Positions 1 through 13,954 of a DNA stretch of 64,000 bases are shown here, in pieces; within the stretch, counting starts at the first letter, position 1; every line of letters begins with the position of its first letter. The notes beneath the pieces were generated by a model, which ran no database searches, was not told the origin of the DNA, and saw only the letters and a program-made list of their open reading frames with translations. The DNA comes from Camelus dromedarius (lineage: Eukaryota). The stretch is taken from positions 22,818,001 through 22,882,000 of the forward strand of contig NC_087437.1 in assembly GCF_036321535.1 (NCBI RefSeq), written 5' to 3'. A program made the translations under genes and the position numbers.

Positions 1-499
1 CCCTTGTATATTAAAAGCTTTGTAATTGTATTAGTTACTAAGAATATAACAGGAACCAGATATAATCACCAACCTCAAGAAATTAGAGGGAGGCAAGAGA
101 GAAGAAAATATGTAATCACATTTTGAAAAGAAGTTGTTCCAAATCTGATCCAAGAAAGAACATGTTTTGAGTGATGTAATTCATCACTTTTTTGGGGAGA
201 AAGTATTAATTTTGATTAATTTTTAAATAATTTCCCTACAAATTTTAATAGGTAAAAAGTTGCCTTAGGGAATCAAGTAACCCATTATCATGATGACTGT
301 CAGTCAAGAGTTTGGTGAACTTTTACCAAATGTTCTTTTCATTTTGATCTGATTCAGCAATAATTATCTAATCATTATTTTAACTATAAAATTTCTTACC
401 AAAAAATAATTTTTAGCCAGCATAATCTTTCATAGGCTTTTTCCCTGAAGCAAAGTTGTAATGAACTTTGACATATGCTCATAACTAAATTAGCTGAAA

Positions 500-1042
500 A
501 GCAGTACTACTTACAATAGCTAAGATATGGAAGCAACCCAAGTGCCCAATAGATGATTGGATTAAGATGAGATATGTATATATATACAATGGAACATTAC
601 TCAGCCATTAAAAAAAAACTGCCATTTGCCACAACGTGGAGAATATTATGCTTAGTAAAATAAGCCAGACGGAAAAAGACAAACACCTTCTGATATCATT
701 CATATGTGGAATTTTTAAAATAATACAAATGAATATTTATGCAAAGCAGAAACAGACTCACAGTTACAGAAAATAAACTTATGGTTATGAAAGGGGAGAA
801 AGAAGAAGGAAGGGACATATTAGGGGTATGGGATTAACAGATACAAACTATTACACATAAAATAGATAAGCAACAAAGATATACTATATAGCATAGCCAT
901 TATATATAGCCATAATCACCTATAGTGGAGTACAATCTGCAAAAATACTCAATCACTATGCTGTACACCTGAAACTAATATAATACTATAAAATAACTAT
1001 ACCTCAGTTAAAAAAAAAGAAGAAAAGAAAAGAAAAAGAAAA
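500..1042 (+). mobile_element. LINE-1 3' end (5'-truncated, lineage-specific type) with A/GAAAA tail
   Basis: acaatagctaagatatggaagcaaccc... actatgctgtacacctgaaactaa... atacctcagtt followed by an A-rich tail. Confidence 0.9.
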
Positions 1043-1239
1043 TCGCGCTAAGAATTGTATTAGATGTTAGCACACAGATGGGGAAGTACTTGAATTTTGG
1101 ATGTATGAGTGGGTGTAATGGTGGGGAGGAATTCCTCCAGAAGTGACATATAAATTGAATACTACAGAGTGAATAGAACAAAGGGCAGTGGGAAGATGAG
1201 AGGCATCTAAGATTATCAAAGAAAAGGGACTTAAAAGAT

Positions 1240-1702
1240 GAAAAGCATTATCTGTATCGCAGGCCTGTGGCTGCCCTGTCAGTATCCCTTGGGCTTGAAA
1301 ATTTTCCAATTCTCCAGTGCATTTTCACCTGCCTGTATCTACAGCTCCACCTGAGAGTTTTCTCCCAGGTGGCAGAAGGCTCTTCTCTCTTGTAGGAAAT
1401 CCTGGTAAAAAGCTTGAGAGGCTTGACATGGCCAGCAGCAGACTTCAACCAATGACAGAGTGGTGCAGTTTATATGAAAACACCCCCGTTTCTTCTCCCT
1501 TCCGGTGGGATAATTCTGAGAGTGTTTTACAGTATTTCCTAGAATTTCACCAAGGATTTAGCTCCAAACCCCACTGTGGGCACGGGCTTCCTTTTCCTGT
1601 GTCGTTTTCCTACTCCCTACCAGTGTTTTCTGCACTTCTCAAATAAAGTGCTTTCACTCCAGTCCTTGTCACAGGTTCTGCTCTGGGGAATCCAGACTAA
1701 GC
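1240..1702 (+). mobile_element. ERVL LTR, LTR16-like
   Basis: 3' end ctcaaataaagtgctttcactccagtccttgtcacaggttctgctctggggaatccagactaag resembles the recalled LTR16 terminus; 5' boundary approximate. Confidence 0.6.
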
Positions 1703-1798
1703 AGCCTTATTGAATGAGCTGCAAGCAGCTGAGCAACAGAGAAAACTTGTAAAATCCACAGAGGTTAAAGCAAGGTTAGGCCAGAGTATGCAGGGCCC

Positions 1799-1988
1799 TG
1801 ATTCCTCAGATTTAGCATATAAAAATACAGAACATCCAAGTAAACTTTAATTTCAGATAAATAATAAATAACATTGTAGTATAAGTATGTCCCAAGTATT
1901 GCATGGGACATAGTTATACTAAAATTTATTTGTTGGTTATCTAAAATTTAATTTTAATTGGGCATCTTGTATTTTATCTGGCATCGCT
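1799..1988 (-). mobile_element. MER53 palindromic hAT MITE
   Basis: Long internal inverted repeat centred on agtataagtatgtccca-N9-tgggacatagttatact, with degenerate TIRs. Confidence 0.88.
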
Positions 1989-3289
1989 ACATGCTCAAGA
2001 AAGGATCTGGAGTTTTATCTATAGGACACTTTGATTTCAGTGTAAAGCATGACTTTAGGAAAGGCCGGGGAGACCATTAAGGAGGCCTGGCCCTGAGCCT
2101 GTCAGGGAGACAGGGAAAGTGGATGGAAGGCAAAAGGGCATTTGGAAAGCTATCTGCACATCTCAGACTAGCTGCCAGGGCAACAGAACTATATCACCGG
2201 ATAGAATGGGGAAAGGCTGCCAAAAATGAATTCAAGACGTCCTGGAAATAACCCCAGACTGTTTAGAGAAAGACACCAAACTAGCAGTGTGGGGCCTCCT
2301 TTCCCTGCTAACTTGGTGTGCTTATGCCCATGGAGTGAAACACTCTTTCTCAGGCCCAAACACCTAGTCTTCTAAGTCAGGCTTCAGGAACAGCTTTGGG
2401 CCTGACCACTCCTCCTGAGTTGTCCTGAAGACTTGCATTATAATGGGCTCAACTCAGCCCTGTCCCCAGACAAGCCCCTGACCAGAGCCTCTGGGAATTA
2501 CCAGTTATGCATGGCAAAGGACACTAAGGAAAAGCAACTTTTCTGGTAACTTATTTTCTCTTTGCTGTTGTTGTTTTTCCCCAAAATGGATCTTGCCCTA
2601 TTCGATCACCCCAGCCACGATGCTCACATTTCTCAGGGTGATGTCACGGAAAATCCATTCTCATTATGGAGATGAATGGGAAGCATGTTTGGAATCACAT
2701 GGCCTTCTCTGTGTGAGGAATGCTGCAGTTTCATTTCAAATTTCATGAAGGAAATTCTATTCCTGTGGGAGTCTACTTCAAAAACAATATACTAAAAAAG
2801 ATAAAAGAAAACTGAAACCTATTATATCAATGGTAGACTCTTTCCTATTTTTTTCTGTTTCTTCAATTTGTAAAATGCACACCAAAGACCATTAGGGAAC
2901 ATAATTTGAATTGATTCACTCAAAAGTTAAAATGTTGAAAGAGTAACAAAAAACTGTGCCAAAATGGAAACAAGCCTTCCTTCATTTTCTAACACCTGAA
3001 TTTGATTGTAACTTTCATTTCTGAAATTGTATAGGGCTATTTCTTCAAACTAAATTATAAATACTTGTATCAGACACTAGAAAGGCACGTACATGAGTGG
3101 TTATCCAGAAGTCACATGTTTTCTACTCACATTCGCACAAACAGACACCATAGTATGCGTGGTTTGAGTTAGCAGAGCTGTTAATCACACATTCATCCAC
3201 CCCACAGTAGTCAAGTTGGCATCCAAGGGTCTCTGGTTCTACTCAGTGCCAAGGATCATTGTTGTTATTTATATGTAGTATGTATTTAA

Positions 3290-3397
3290 TTTCCATAATA
3301 ACCCCATAGGGTGGTTATGCCTCTCTCCATTTTACAATTGTAGAAACTGAGACTCAGAGTGAGTAACTTTCCCAAGGTCACATAGTTGATAAGTGAC
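3290..3397 (-). mobile_element. MIR SINE fragment
   Basis: ccattttacaattgtagaaactgagactcagagtgagtaactttcccaaggtcacatag is the reverse MIR core. Confidence 0.8.
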
Positions 3398-3773
3398 AGT
3401 TATGGGCTAAAATGCATTGCCTCCAAAAGGTATAGATGAGAAATCCTAACCTCTAGTACACAATGTAACTGTATTTGTAGATAGTCTTTAAAGAAGTAAC
3501 CAAGTGAAGATGAAATCATTAGGGTAGACTCTAATCCAATATGCCTGGTGTCCTTATAAGAGAAGGGAGATACCAGGGATGTGGGCCCACAGAGGAAAGT
3601 CACTGCAAGAAGGCAGGCATCTGCAAGCCAAGAAGAGAGGCCTCAGGAGAAGCCAATCCTATCAACTTCTTTATCTTGAAATTTTAGACTCCAAAATTGT
3701 GAGAAAATAAATTTCTGTTGTTTAAGCTACCCAGTGTGTGGTACTTTGCTACGGCAGCCCTAGAAAACTAACG
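3398..3773 (+). mobile_element. MaLR solo LTR, MLT1B-like
   Basis: gttatgggct... gtgtccttataagagaag... gagaaaataaatttctgttgtttaagctacccagt... ggcagccctagaaaactaa. Confidence 0.88.
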
Positions 3774-6700
3774 TCAGTGACTAACCCACAATTTTTACCT
3801 GGCCTGAAATCTTTTTTTTTTAACCAGGGAACTAGGCCTGGTAGGAAATGGGGTTAAGGGAGATTGATTTTACTTAATATCCAATATTCCAAGGCAAAAA
3901 GGGGATTAGCTCAAGCTGACCAAGTTATCCAAGATGGTTCAATGTGGTGGTCATGGTGGTGATGTTATGAAGGTGGGTACTCTAGGGAGGAAGAACATAG
4001 TAGCAGAAGTTTCTAGGCAGGAGCAAGTCAAACCCAGAAGAGCAGGCAGTAATATTGTTCTTCTAGGTAATCAGTTTATTGAGTCAGACCCTAGACCAGG
4101 ACCAGAGTCTCAGAAGCAGAGTCCAATCCCCCTCATGTAACCCAGCACAGGGAACTAGCGAAAGTGTAGTGTGGGGCTCACATTCTCTTCCCAGGCATCT
4201 CCTTTCCCACTAATTTCCCAGGTATTGTCCTGGAGCCTTGATGGCTAAAGGATATGGCCCCTCTCCCGGTCCAACACAGATCAGCTGGGTGGGGCAGGGC
4301 AGGGCAGGGCAGAAACTGGCCCCAGGCCCAGTGATACAGAAAAGCTCCCCAGAATGCTGAAGGGGACCAGTCCTCCTCCCGACAAAGACTTTTTCTTCTT
4401 AGAATTTTTAGCATTTCCCAAAAAAGAGGGAGGGGGCACAGTTATCGATGGAATCCAGTTTGCTCAGATGCCACTTCGAATGAATAGCAGCTAGCTTCAA
4501 ATAAAAACTATCCCCTCTCCCTGGTTTCCCAGGGCAGAGGCTGTGATTTTATTCTACCCACCCCCACCCCCCCCGCCCACCCTCACCACCACACTCACAG
4601 GTGAGGGTTCTCAGCCCTGCATTCTCTGGGCTGGATGGACACCCAGTTCAGCTCATAAATTCCTCTCTTACAATTCTCACTTGTTCTATCAGTTACCAAA
4701 CATCCAAAAGACATTCTCATAGTCTTTGCAATTTGGTACTTCTGATATACAGCCTGTCCAAAGTTCAGGGCTCAGGACAGGGGCCCTTTCTAACCAGGTT
4801 TAAGGGCTGGTACTGGTATATATGGTTCTCTAGAAAACTGGAGTGCTGAACAGAAGATTGAGGCAGAAACAGTATTGACTCTGACCAGGCCCTTAGAGCA
4901 GGGACTGATCAGAATGGAAGACCAGAACTTTCAATACACAGAGGCCCAAGGCTTGCTAAATACAGAACCTAAAACTGCATCCAATCCCACTCTACCTACC
5001 ACTGGCAAGATGAAAGTTCCTAATTCCCCTCTTCAGTCCTATAATTGTCAGAATCAGTCAGAGTGGGACCCCCTGCCAGCCTCAATCCATCAGTGATGGC
5101 CTCTTGGCCTCAGAGGATTGGGTCTGGGGTAAGCAGGACTTGCCTTAGTTCATATAATCACTGGGGATCCTCTCATTTTCAGAAAAGTCTAACCTTGGAG
5201 TAGGGGACTCCCTGGAAATGACTCCAAAGTACTGAGATACTGAAATGATTCCCTCAAAGCTCTTGGTGGTCAAGATGGACAGTGAATAATAAACAACCGT
5301 GGTCATGATTTACTAAGTGGATTATACCTTCTCTTACTGTTATATAGAGTTACAAATGTAGAACCATTTCCATTAATACCTGCACCTTTCTCCCCCACAC
5401 GTTCATTGCTGAGGGGTGAGGTCTCTAGGTGAGAAGCTGCATTGGTCTATTGGTTGCCTTGTTGGTATGAATGCTTTCTTTCTCCCAGGAAACTGTCTGG
5501 GTTATTGTCATGGAGCAAATTGCACTGTCAGAGTCAAGCGGGATCCAGAATCTCTGGTCAGAGCCTCAACTTTCAAGTGTGTAGTAAACAGAGCAATGGC
5601 ATGAGCCCCTGCTGAGGGAGCAAGGCCATCCAGCCACAGAAGCCTAGGCTTCTGCTCTCTATAGTAAAGTGCTCCTTTCTATGACTGTTTCACCTAGGAT
5701 TACTGCTCTTCCCACTCTTGGTACTACTGGCTATATGCAAACTAGGCTGACCTAATATCTTGGTGCTAAAAAGCTGAGGTGGCCCTTACTGACAGTAGGC
5801 AGCCTTTGTGTGTTAGTATTGATACATTTCTGTGGTCAGAACTGGCACCTACAGTCATAATTCATATGATCATATACTCTACATACTCAATATTGTTTTC
5901 CTCAACTACTTTGTTATATATTTCAGTTGTCTGTGGTCTCTGTTCCCTGCTGATATGTCATACAGAACCAGAAAAATCCATGAATATTAGAGTTACAATG
6001 AACAGTCAGATATCATTTGAGCCAAAGTAGAGGAAAACTCTAGTGCCATGTCTCTAAAAGTTGCATCCACCCCTTATTCAATACTTACAGTGTCAGGAAG
6101 TTCACTACTTGGTGAAGGAAACTATTCCATTGTTACACAACTCTAAACAAGGATGTTTCTATTTCTTTTTCTTTTATTTTCCAAGTTACTGCCTAATCTC
6201 ATAAACACAGAGGGAATATCCTGATCCTGTGCAGTTTGTGAGCACATGCCCTGAGTATCTACTCTCTAAGAAAGCCTGATGTGGCAAGTTTAAACTGGCC
6301 CATTCCCAAGAGGTAATTTACATAAGTGAAAACAAGGGGAAAAGAACAAAAGCGTAATGTGCTTTATAGCTTGCCCTTTGTTCAGAAATTTTGCATGCTT
6401 GTGATCTTGCAAACTTGTCAGAGAGAAAAGAAAGCTGGCCTCTCAACACTACAAATGAGAACAGGAAAACTGCAGATGATGTCCTCACTGTCAATTATCC
6501 CTCTTGGGTCCAAAAAGGAAAGACACCTCTTCTGAAGGGGGAGAAAGAGTGAACACGTTATGCCATGAATCTTGACCATGGATGATCCTCTTTGGGTCTT
6601 TCCTTCCTAGGACAGGTTTCTCAGATCTCTGAAACAGTTGGCAGAAGCAAGGCCTCTTCTTTCGGGGCTGAGAAACCAGTGCAGGTAACATCTATTACCT

Positions 6701-9700
6701 CACCTTTTCTTGAGTAGACAATGAAGCAATTTTATTCTAAATCTTGATTAATGATTATCTCTTGGCATTTTGAACATTTTATCTACTGCTTTATACACAA
6801 GAGTTTATTAATTTTTTTGAGACCTGGCATAGAAAACGAAATCACCCCTGATCTTTGGCCAAATATCCCCCTAAAACATTCTAGAGGAAAGAGAAGAAGT
6901 TAGGACAAAGGAGGAGGAGTAGAGAAAGAGATGAAAAAGGAGAAGAGGAGACAGGGGAAAGGAAAGGTGGGGAATAGGAAAAGAGGGAATTTTCCAGCTC
7001 TTTGGGACTAATGGACTACACTTCTTCAGTTGTCCGTTAGAGATGAGTTGTCTGTTTGACTACAGCCCCACTTAGATAATGTCTGTTGTGTTTTGTTATG
7101 GCAGCCCTAGACGACTAAGACAAAAGAGCAAAACATATTTCCACTTCACAGTTTTCCAAAGAAAACAAAAATGACACTGACTTCCATGTGTATATCATCA
7201 GACATAGTATAACAGTTGTCAAATCCAATATTAAATTAGATTCTCACTGCAGACTTAAGTGGTAAATTATGATAGTCATTTTACAAAAGGGGAAAGCAGA
7301 CAGAAGGAAGGCGATTTGTGAAGAGTCGCATTGGGGATCAAAGTCTGAACTTGCACCCAGACCACTGTTCTTTGCACAACACTAAGCTGCTCTCACAACA
7401 GTCAATCTCCATACCATGATGTCATCTGCAAATCTAATAAGAAGGCTTCAATGTCTTCATACAAACATCAATAAAAAGTGTTTAAAGGGGAATTGTTAGT
7501 TATACCTTCCAAACTAAAGACAACAAATGGGCTTCATCTTGCAAGCCAATTATGATTGCTTGGGAGGGGCTACCAATCTTGTATAGATGAGGATTCTGAG
7601 ATCATGTTAGGAAAGAATACCTAAATTAACTAGCAATGTTGGCCAAAGGTACAGGAAGTAGGATATCAAACATATGAATCTGGCATTAAGAATGCTGCTC
7701 TCTAACTCCCAGAACAACATGGAGTCCTCATGGATGAAAAAAGAGCTTTCAAGTGGGAAGAACAAAAATATTATAAACAAGGTGGGCCAAGGGTAATTTT
7801 TTTAAATTCTTTTTTGAGTTGCTTCTCTCTGCTTCTCGCTGATCTCTCATTCTCTCTGTCAGTATGGAAAGTTGGAGCCTCAAAACTAAATTCTAAGAGA
7901 AATTCCTCACATGAAGCTTTATATGTATGGAAGATAATGAGTGTCTGAGGAGAGATAAGGTCTTCAAGATTTTATAGTAAGTGCAGAAGCAGATTTTATG
8001 AAGAAATGATAAGGAGAAGCACAACTGGTTCCCAAGAACATTCCCAGCAACTGTTTCATGGTTGGCAGAACAACTGGATATATAATCAGGGAGTACATGT
8101 ACAACTGTGATTATAGTGGATTATACCAAGAGACATAATAATACTGCTGTAATTATACATCAGCAGTTAGGCCTCAAATTCTTATTTTAGAAAATAGCTA
8201 CTACAAGTTTTACAGAAATAGATCCAAGATAATAAGAAACATAAGGATCACAGTAAAAACCCCTGGTGACTAAACAAGTGGCATCCTGCTCCTCCCCACT
8301 CCTCCATCTTGAATCTCCTCACAAGTAAGTCCTTACTGCATAGGACAATAAACTGCAAAGAATAGTCAGATTTTAACTTATTTTTTTCCAAGCATAAGCT
8401 AAATACCTGCTTTCAAAACAGGTACATGCTTAAAATGATTTAAGAAGTAAAATGGCTGAAATAAGACTTAACTAAATTAGCAGTATTTATGAACAGAAGC
8501 AACGTCATATAACTGCTTTCCTTATCAAAGCTTGTGAAATGCCATTTTCATTTACCAGAAAATGATGACAGCTTTTTTTATTGTTATGGGAACCAAAAAT
8601 ATATTAAAGAAGGTCATTTTAGAATAAAATTAAAACATGTTTTAATTCAATCTTGCTTATTTGTAAAAAGTTATTATTCTTGAAACTAATGCTTTTTCTA
8701 TTAATTTTTAAAAGTAATTTTCCTAAAGGTCTTATCTGAGTTATGAGCCAGATGTTTGCTATGCCTATATTTATGTTTCTGAGAAAATAGATGAAGCTAA
8801 GCATCTAATGTGTTTCTTTGTAAAATGAAGATAATAATTAAACTATGAAATTATATACAGTAAAATTGAGCAAGTATGTGACTCTAGCAAAAGCACTTAT
8901 ATTTCAAGTAAAAACAAAGTGAGGAAGATTCAAACCCACTCAGTGACAGGTCAGACTTCAGTAAAAACATGACTCTTTTCTTATTTCACAAAGTACATAT
9001 TTCCAAATTAACAATCACTCAAATATTTTTTTCTCTGAAAACAGGCCTCAAATGTTCTCAAATGGAGATGTTTCCCCATCTCCAGAGTCACAAGTTCCCC
9101 AACGAGATGCTCATAAAGATACTATATATGACTAAATAAAAGAGACCCAAGAATGTATTTTCTGGAAGAGAAGATTCCCTTTAAAAAGTTTTTAGCCAAC
9201 ATAATATGTATATAAATGCCTGATACAGAAGAAATAGTCAAATGTGTTCTTACAGTATTGAGTTTATCAATTTAACCACACAGACTTAAAAGCACCCGTT
9301 ATAGAGGACCTATATTGCTTTTTAAAATACAGATCTCTTTCCCACTCTCAAAGTTCATGAAAATTCTTCACATTTGACATGCGTATCTTTGCAATCAGTA
9401 GAGCCACTGTTCAATCATCTAACACAGTTCTCTAGAACACATCAAGTTCACTTCTAACTAATTTGAAGTACAAGCATGTTTAATCCAGTCAGCTTGTACT
9501 GCAATTTTATCCCAAACCATAAGAATCAACTTGTTATTTATGTTCTCCATAATGTAACCACTTAATTTATTGCTTTTTAAAGTGACCCTCAAGCCTTATT
9601 TACAATGACATTCAGCACTTGCAGTTGAGAGGGTGTACTGGGGAAAAATGATTACAGCTGGGTTAAATTTCTTTGCCTCCTTTTTTGTAACCAATTCTTT

Positions 9701-10151
9701 AGGGTGACCTTTCTAAATAACTAAAATTAATATCGATTAAAGCAATTTCAGGCAGACTTTCCCCAAATGCTTCTTTGTCACCCACTATGAAACTACTGAA
9801 ATGATGTCCTGTGATATAAGACTTGAATTTAAGGTTGCTAACTTTTTTGGAGGGGCAAATAATTTTGAAGGTTAAAAAAAAAAAAAAACTCTAACTCTGT
9901 TCTAGCATATAGGCAACTGTCCCTTAACTTTCTCCTCAGGAAGGATTGAGGTGCCAGTTGTTGAAATTTTCCTTATTACACATATATTAATTATATCATT
10001 TAATCTCCATAGCAGGGCAAATATTAATCCTATGTTACAGATGAAAAAAAAACGAAGTTCAAAGAAATGTAGAATCAGATGGCTTGACACTGGGTTATGC
10101 CTAGCCAAGTGGTTTTCCTTAGAGTAAGATAAAAACAAAATACAGAAACCT

Positions 10152-10345
10152 TCGAAAGTTGCTAGAGGGCAAATGCAAATCTTAAATAGTCTTACCACAA
10201 GAAAAGAAATGGTAACTAGGTAATGTGATTGGAGGTGTTAGCTAATGCTACGGGGGTAATCATCTTGCAATATATACATGTATCAAATCCATACACTGTA
10301 CACAATAAACTTACACAATGTTATATGTCAATTATATCTCAATAA
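10152..10345 (+). mobile_element. LINE-1 3' end (L1MA8/9-like), short
   Basis: aaacttacacaatgttatatgtcaattatatctcaataaagctggg followed by an A-rich tail. Confidence 0.88.
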
Positions 10346-13300
10346 AGCTGGGGAGAAAAAGAAAGGTGTACAATGAACTCATAGTACTGTTATAATAATA
10401 GAAAAGTAAAAGACCACCAAATTAATTATTTTTTAAAAAATACAGTAACCTAGATAATGGCTTGAGATTAAGTGTAAAGTTTTCTAGCAATTGGTTCTGT
10501 AATATCAAAAATAAACACAACCCTTTCAAGTATTTCTTCATTATTAAACATTTTCAAATGTCCCTTGGAATTCTTTTCAAAGCCCTTTTCTTTTTAACTT
10601 GTGATAGGGTCATTTACCAAATTCAAAGATTTGAATAATCATTTTCTCTCAGTGTTATTTTTACATTTTTAAAGAATTTGTGCCTATGCTAAAATAAGAA
10701 ATCACCCATTTGATATTTGCTTATTTTTAAAATAAAAATGGTGCATCATTTCAAAGAGTTTCCAAGGGAGTTTTGTTTTCACTGCTGAACTGAGGTAAAG
10801 GATTTTTTTTCTACAGAATCTCAGGGGGACTGTTCAGCAAGAATGCACTCTTCTCAGGGGAGGACAAGTCAGACGATAGGCAGGATTTTGAAAGGGTCCG
10901 GGCTGAGGACTGTGAAATGCACGGTGTGTGGGTAATAGGACTATCTGCAAAGAGAAGGGGTGGGGAGAGGGACTGATTTTCAAACAGCTGCTCACTGGTG
11001 AAAATGTGGAGAAAGAAAGCTGCTAATAGATTTAGGGGGTAGTTTTTCCGTCTGATGTACCCCTTTAAGAAAATCATAACAAATGTCCAAGTCATTCTTC
11101 AAGACTTGTGTAGTTTGGTTGCTCTTTCACACAGAGGTTAAAGTACTTTGTGCTTTGTGTTCAAATCACTTTTTTGGGTAAGGGAGAGAGAACAGAGAAG
11201 AGGCAGGCAAGCTAAATTCTTTAAGTAAAGGCTGGTTCACTGGACTGCCAAATCCTGGATTCAGGCCAACCTTTCAAGATTTTGCAATGGCAAATACTTC
11301 ACTTTTGTCCTCATTCAGGAATGATAAGACCTGAGCAACGTTCATGGTTCCTAAAATGAATCTGAACTGGAGGAAGACACCAGTTCATGAATAATGAACT
11401 CTGTCTCACAGACTAGAGTGCTGGTCTCTTTAGCATGGTCACTTTCTTAGCTTGAACCCCAAACATTATCAGAAGCCACTTTATTAGTTCTTTTTAAGAA
11501 ACCACTATCATAGCTATCAGGAAAAACCCAAATTCATACAATTAGTATCTTTTTCTTCTTGTAGGTGAGCCCATGTGAGCAATCAAATTAGGAGAAGGCC
11601 CTTTGTTCAGAAGGTCCCTTGCTGGGCTGAAAGCAGATCAAGCAGAAACACTAACTTGAACCTCAGAAGAGGGAAGGTCTTGATTTGAAAAAAAACTAAA
11701 AACACCCTTGAAAGTTCATTGGTGACACTGCCTGCATCCATAACTACACTAGGATTCGCTGGAGATCAAATACTACCAAGTCCTTGACTGAGCAGCCCCC
11801 ACCTTATTGTCAAGTCTTCCTTGGTGATTCATTCAGTCTGGGGACAGCCAAGACTCCTGTCTTTCTAGTTATTTTGCACACCTATGCAATTATCCCCTCT
11901 GCTTTGATCTTCAAGTTTAACTGTCAATAAGCAATCTTGCTTCCTTCCTTTCCTACACTCTGCGGAGGGCCACACTGCAGGTGCCTGAGAAAATACTACC
12001 ATGTCCTCCAAAACAGGGCTGTAATTTCTGTATGAGAATCTACGCAGTCATTCATTCCTTTTAAAAAAGAACTCTTCCCTAAATTTCTTTTTCTCATTAT
12101 TTAATTTTAAAGACTCTAAAAAAACTATAAAAATTCAAATGTATCAAGTCTTATGCAAATTTAAATGATATTCTTAAAGGTGGAGGCTTTGAGCATTAGA
12201 AGCTATGGCTCTATAAGTTTCTTTGTCAACACTTCATTTTGCTCCCTTTCAACATTTTTAGATTCAATAGCAAATTCTTCCCTAATCTCCTTTTCATTAA
12301 GTCTAGATAGAATTCTAGCCTATCAAATACTTATGTTTATTCATTTGCTTTTATTTTTGTTCTTGTTCCCCAGTAAAGTTAAAAAAAAAATTGGGGGAAT
12401 TCATTTTAGAAGGCTCTGTGCTTCATGGGACAATCCAGTATCACAGAAATCACTAAGCCTAAGTGTCCCGAAAAAAACAGGTCTGGAAAACATTTACTCT
12501 GCCTATTTATATATTGAGTCTGTTTCCATGGCATTCCTAGATTTAAATAATGCATGGAGCCCTTTTCTACCCATTCTAATTAATTATTCATTCACAAATA
12601 TTTACTGAGCATCTCTACTTTGTGTCAAGCACTGTATGAGGTACGAGCCATAAGAAAGAGAACAATGAAGTTTATATCTAGAGTCAGTGTCTACAAAACT
12701 TTTAAACTGAGCAGTGTTATTAGAAAAAAAAGCAATACACCCATTATTTATTTATGAATTACATAATGTTTTCCTGCACTAATACTGTACATAAGAACTC
12801 ATTAAAAAAGCTATTTTAAATGGATGAGATTTTCAAAAGTTAACAAGAATTATGTGTTTTAACATTTTCTTCCCACACTCCACTGGATCAATTTGCATAG
12901 CAATTAAGGTGTGGAAGCACTGTACTTTAAAGACCACTGAGCCTGCTGGTCAATGTTTAATGCATCTGTCATTGATATTCAAATAGTGAATTTGTAAAAT
13001 GGAAGTATATTTTTTGAACTATTTTATAGGTGAATAAACTTTCAAAATGTAATATGAATTTAAGAGCTACAAGTCAATGTAGGAAAACAACCTAGAAGAA
13101 ATGTATTTTACTTCAAACTTCTGCAATTTCCCAGGCAAAAAATTATGTTATGATTTTATATTGGTAACTTAGATAGTATACGGCATGAAATGAATATCCC
13201 AACTTGGAATTCAGACAGAAGATAAAAATATTTTATCTTACAGTTCTAAGTCTTTACCTGTGTACTAATAAATATGAATTAAATTTAATGCCATGCCAAC

Positions 13301-13954
13301 GCAATACATAATATAGTTATTACACAGCAACTGTTATGCTAATAAAGTAAAATGTTGACTAATTAATCATTGTGATTTTTTACTAAATTCTTCCTTAACA
13401 AATAAAGGAGGTGATATTGTTTGTTGTCATAACTCATCTTATTGCTACAGTAATAATTCTTAAAAAAAAAAAAAAAAAAACCTTTTGGAAGATGACTAAA
13501 AAAGACAATAGCCATAGACCTAATTGCTTAAGGTTGTGTTGGATAAAGGGAAACATCTTATCATTTTTAAAGGTACTAAAATCTTAAAATTTAAAAACAT
13601 ATATATCTGTAAATGAGTGTATATACGTGTGTCTGTTTGTATCTAAAAACCATAGGATTTGAAAAAAAGAAAGAAGTGATGCTACTTGAGAAATTCTCTA
13701 AGTTGGAAAGAAAACCTTTGCAATTAAAGATGAAAATAAAATACTGGAGGTCAACAAGGAGAAAACAGCTCTTTGGGAAACCTCAACAATCAATCCTCAA
13801 AGCTTTCAAAAGCCTTACTTTAGGTCTAATGTGGAATCAGAACACTTTAAATGGGAAAAATTTTTCCTCAAATGAAAATTTTCAGCTGGACTATTTTAAA
13901 AGGGGGGTGGCTATATTTGAGATCTCTTGGTCTCAAGGAGTCTGTAATTCATAT

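Noticed and set aside
5510..5580. Minus-strand LKVEALTRDSGSRLTL, reminiscent of a retroviral protease DSG motif
   Set aside because: Too short, stops shortly after, and no other pol motifs recognised. A Dfam/HMMER search of 3800-6050 would be needed.
6883..6990. Purine-rich GA tract as H-DNA
   Set aside because: Low-complexity and interrupted, with no clear mirror symmetry.
11041..11058. agtttttccgtctgatg resembles the expected start of DIPK2A exon 2 (F-P-S-D)
   Set aside because: Similarity stops after four codons and the site is upstream of exon 1; chance match.
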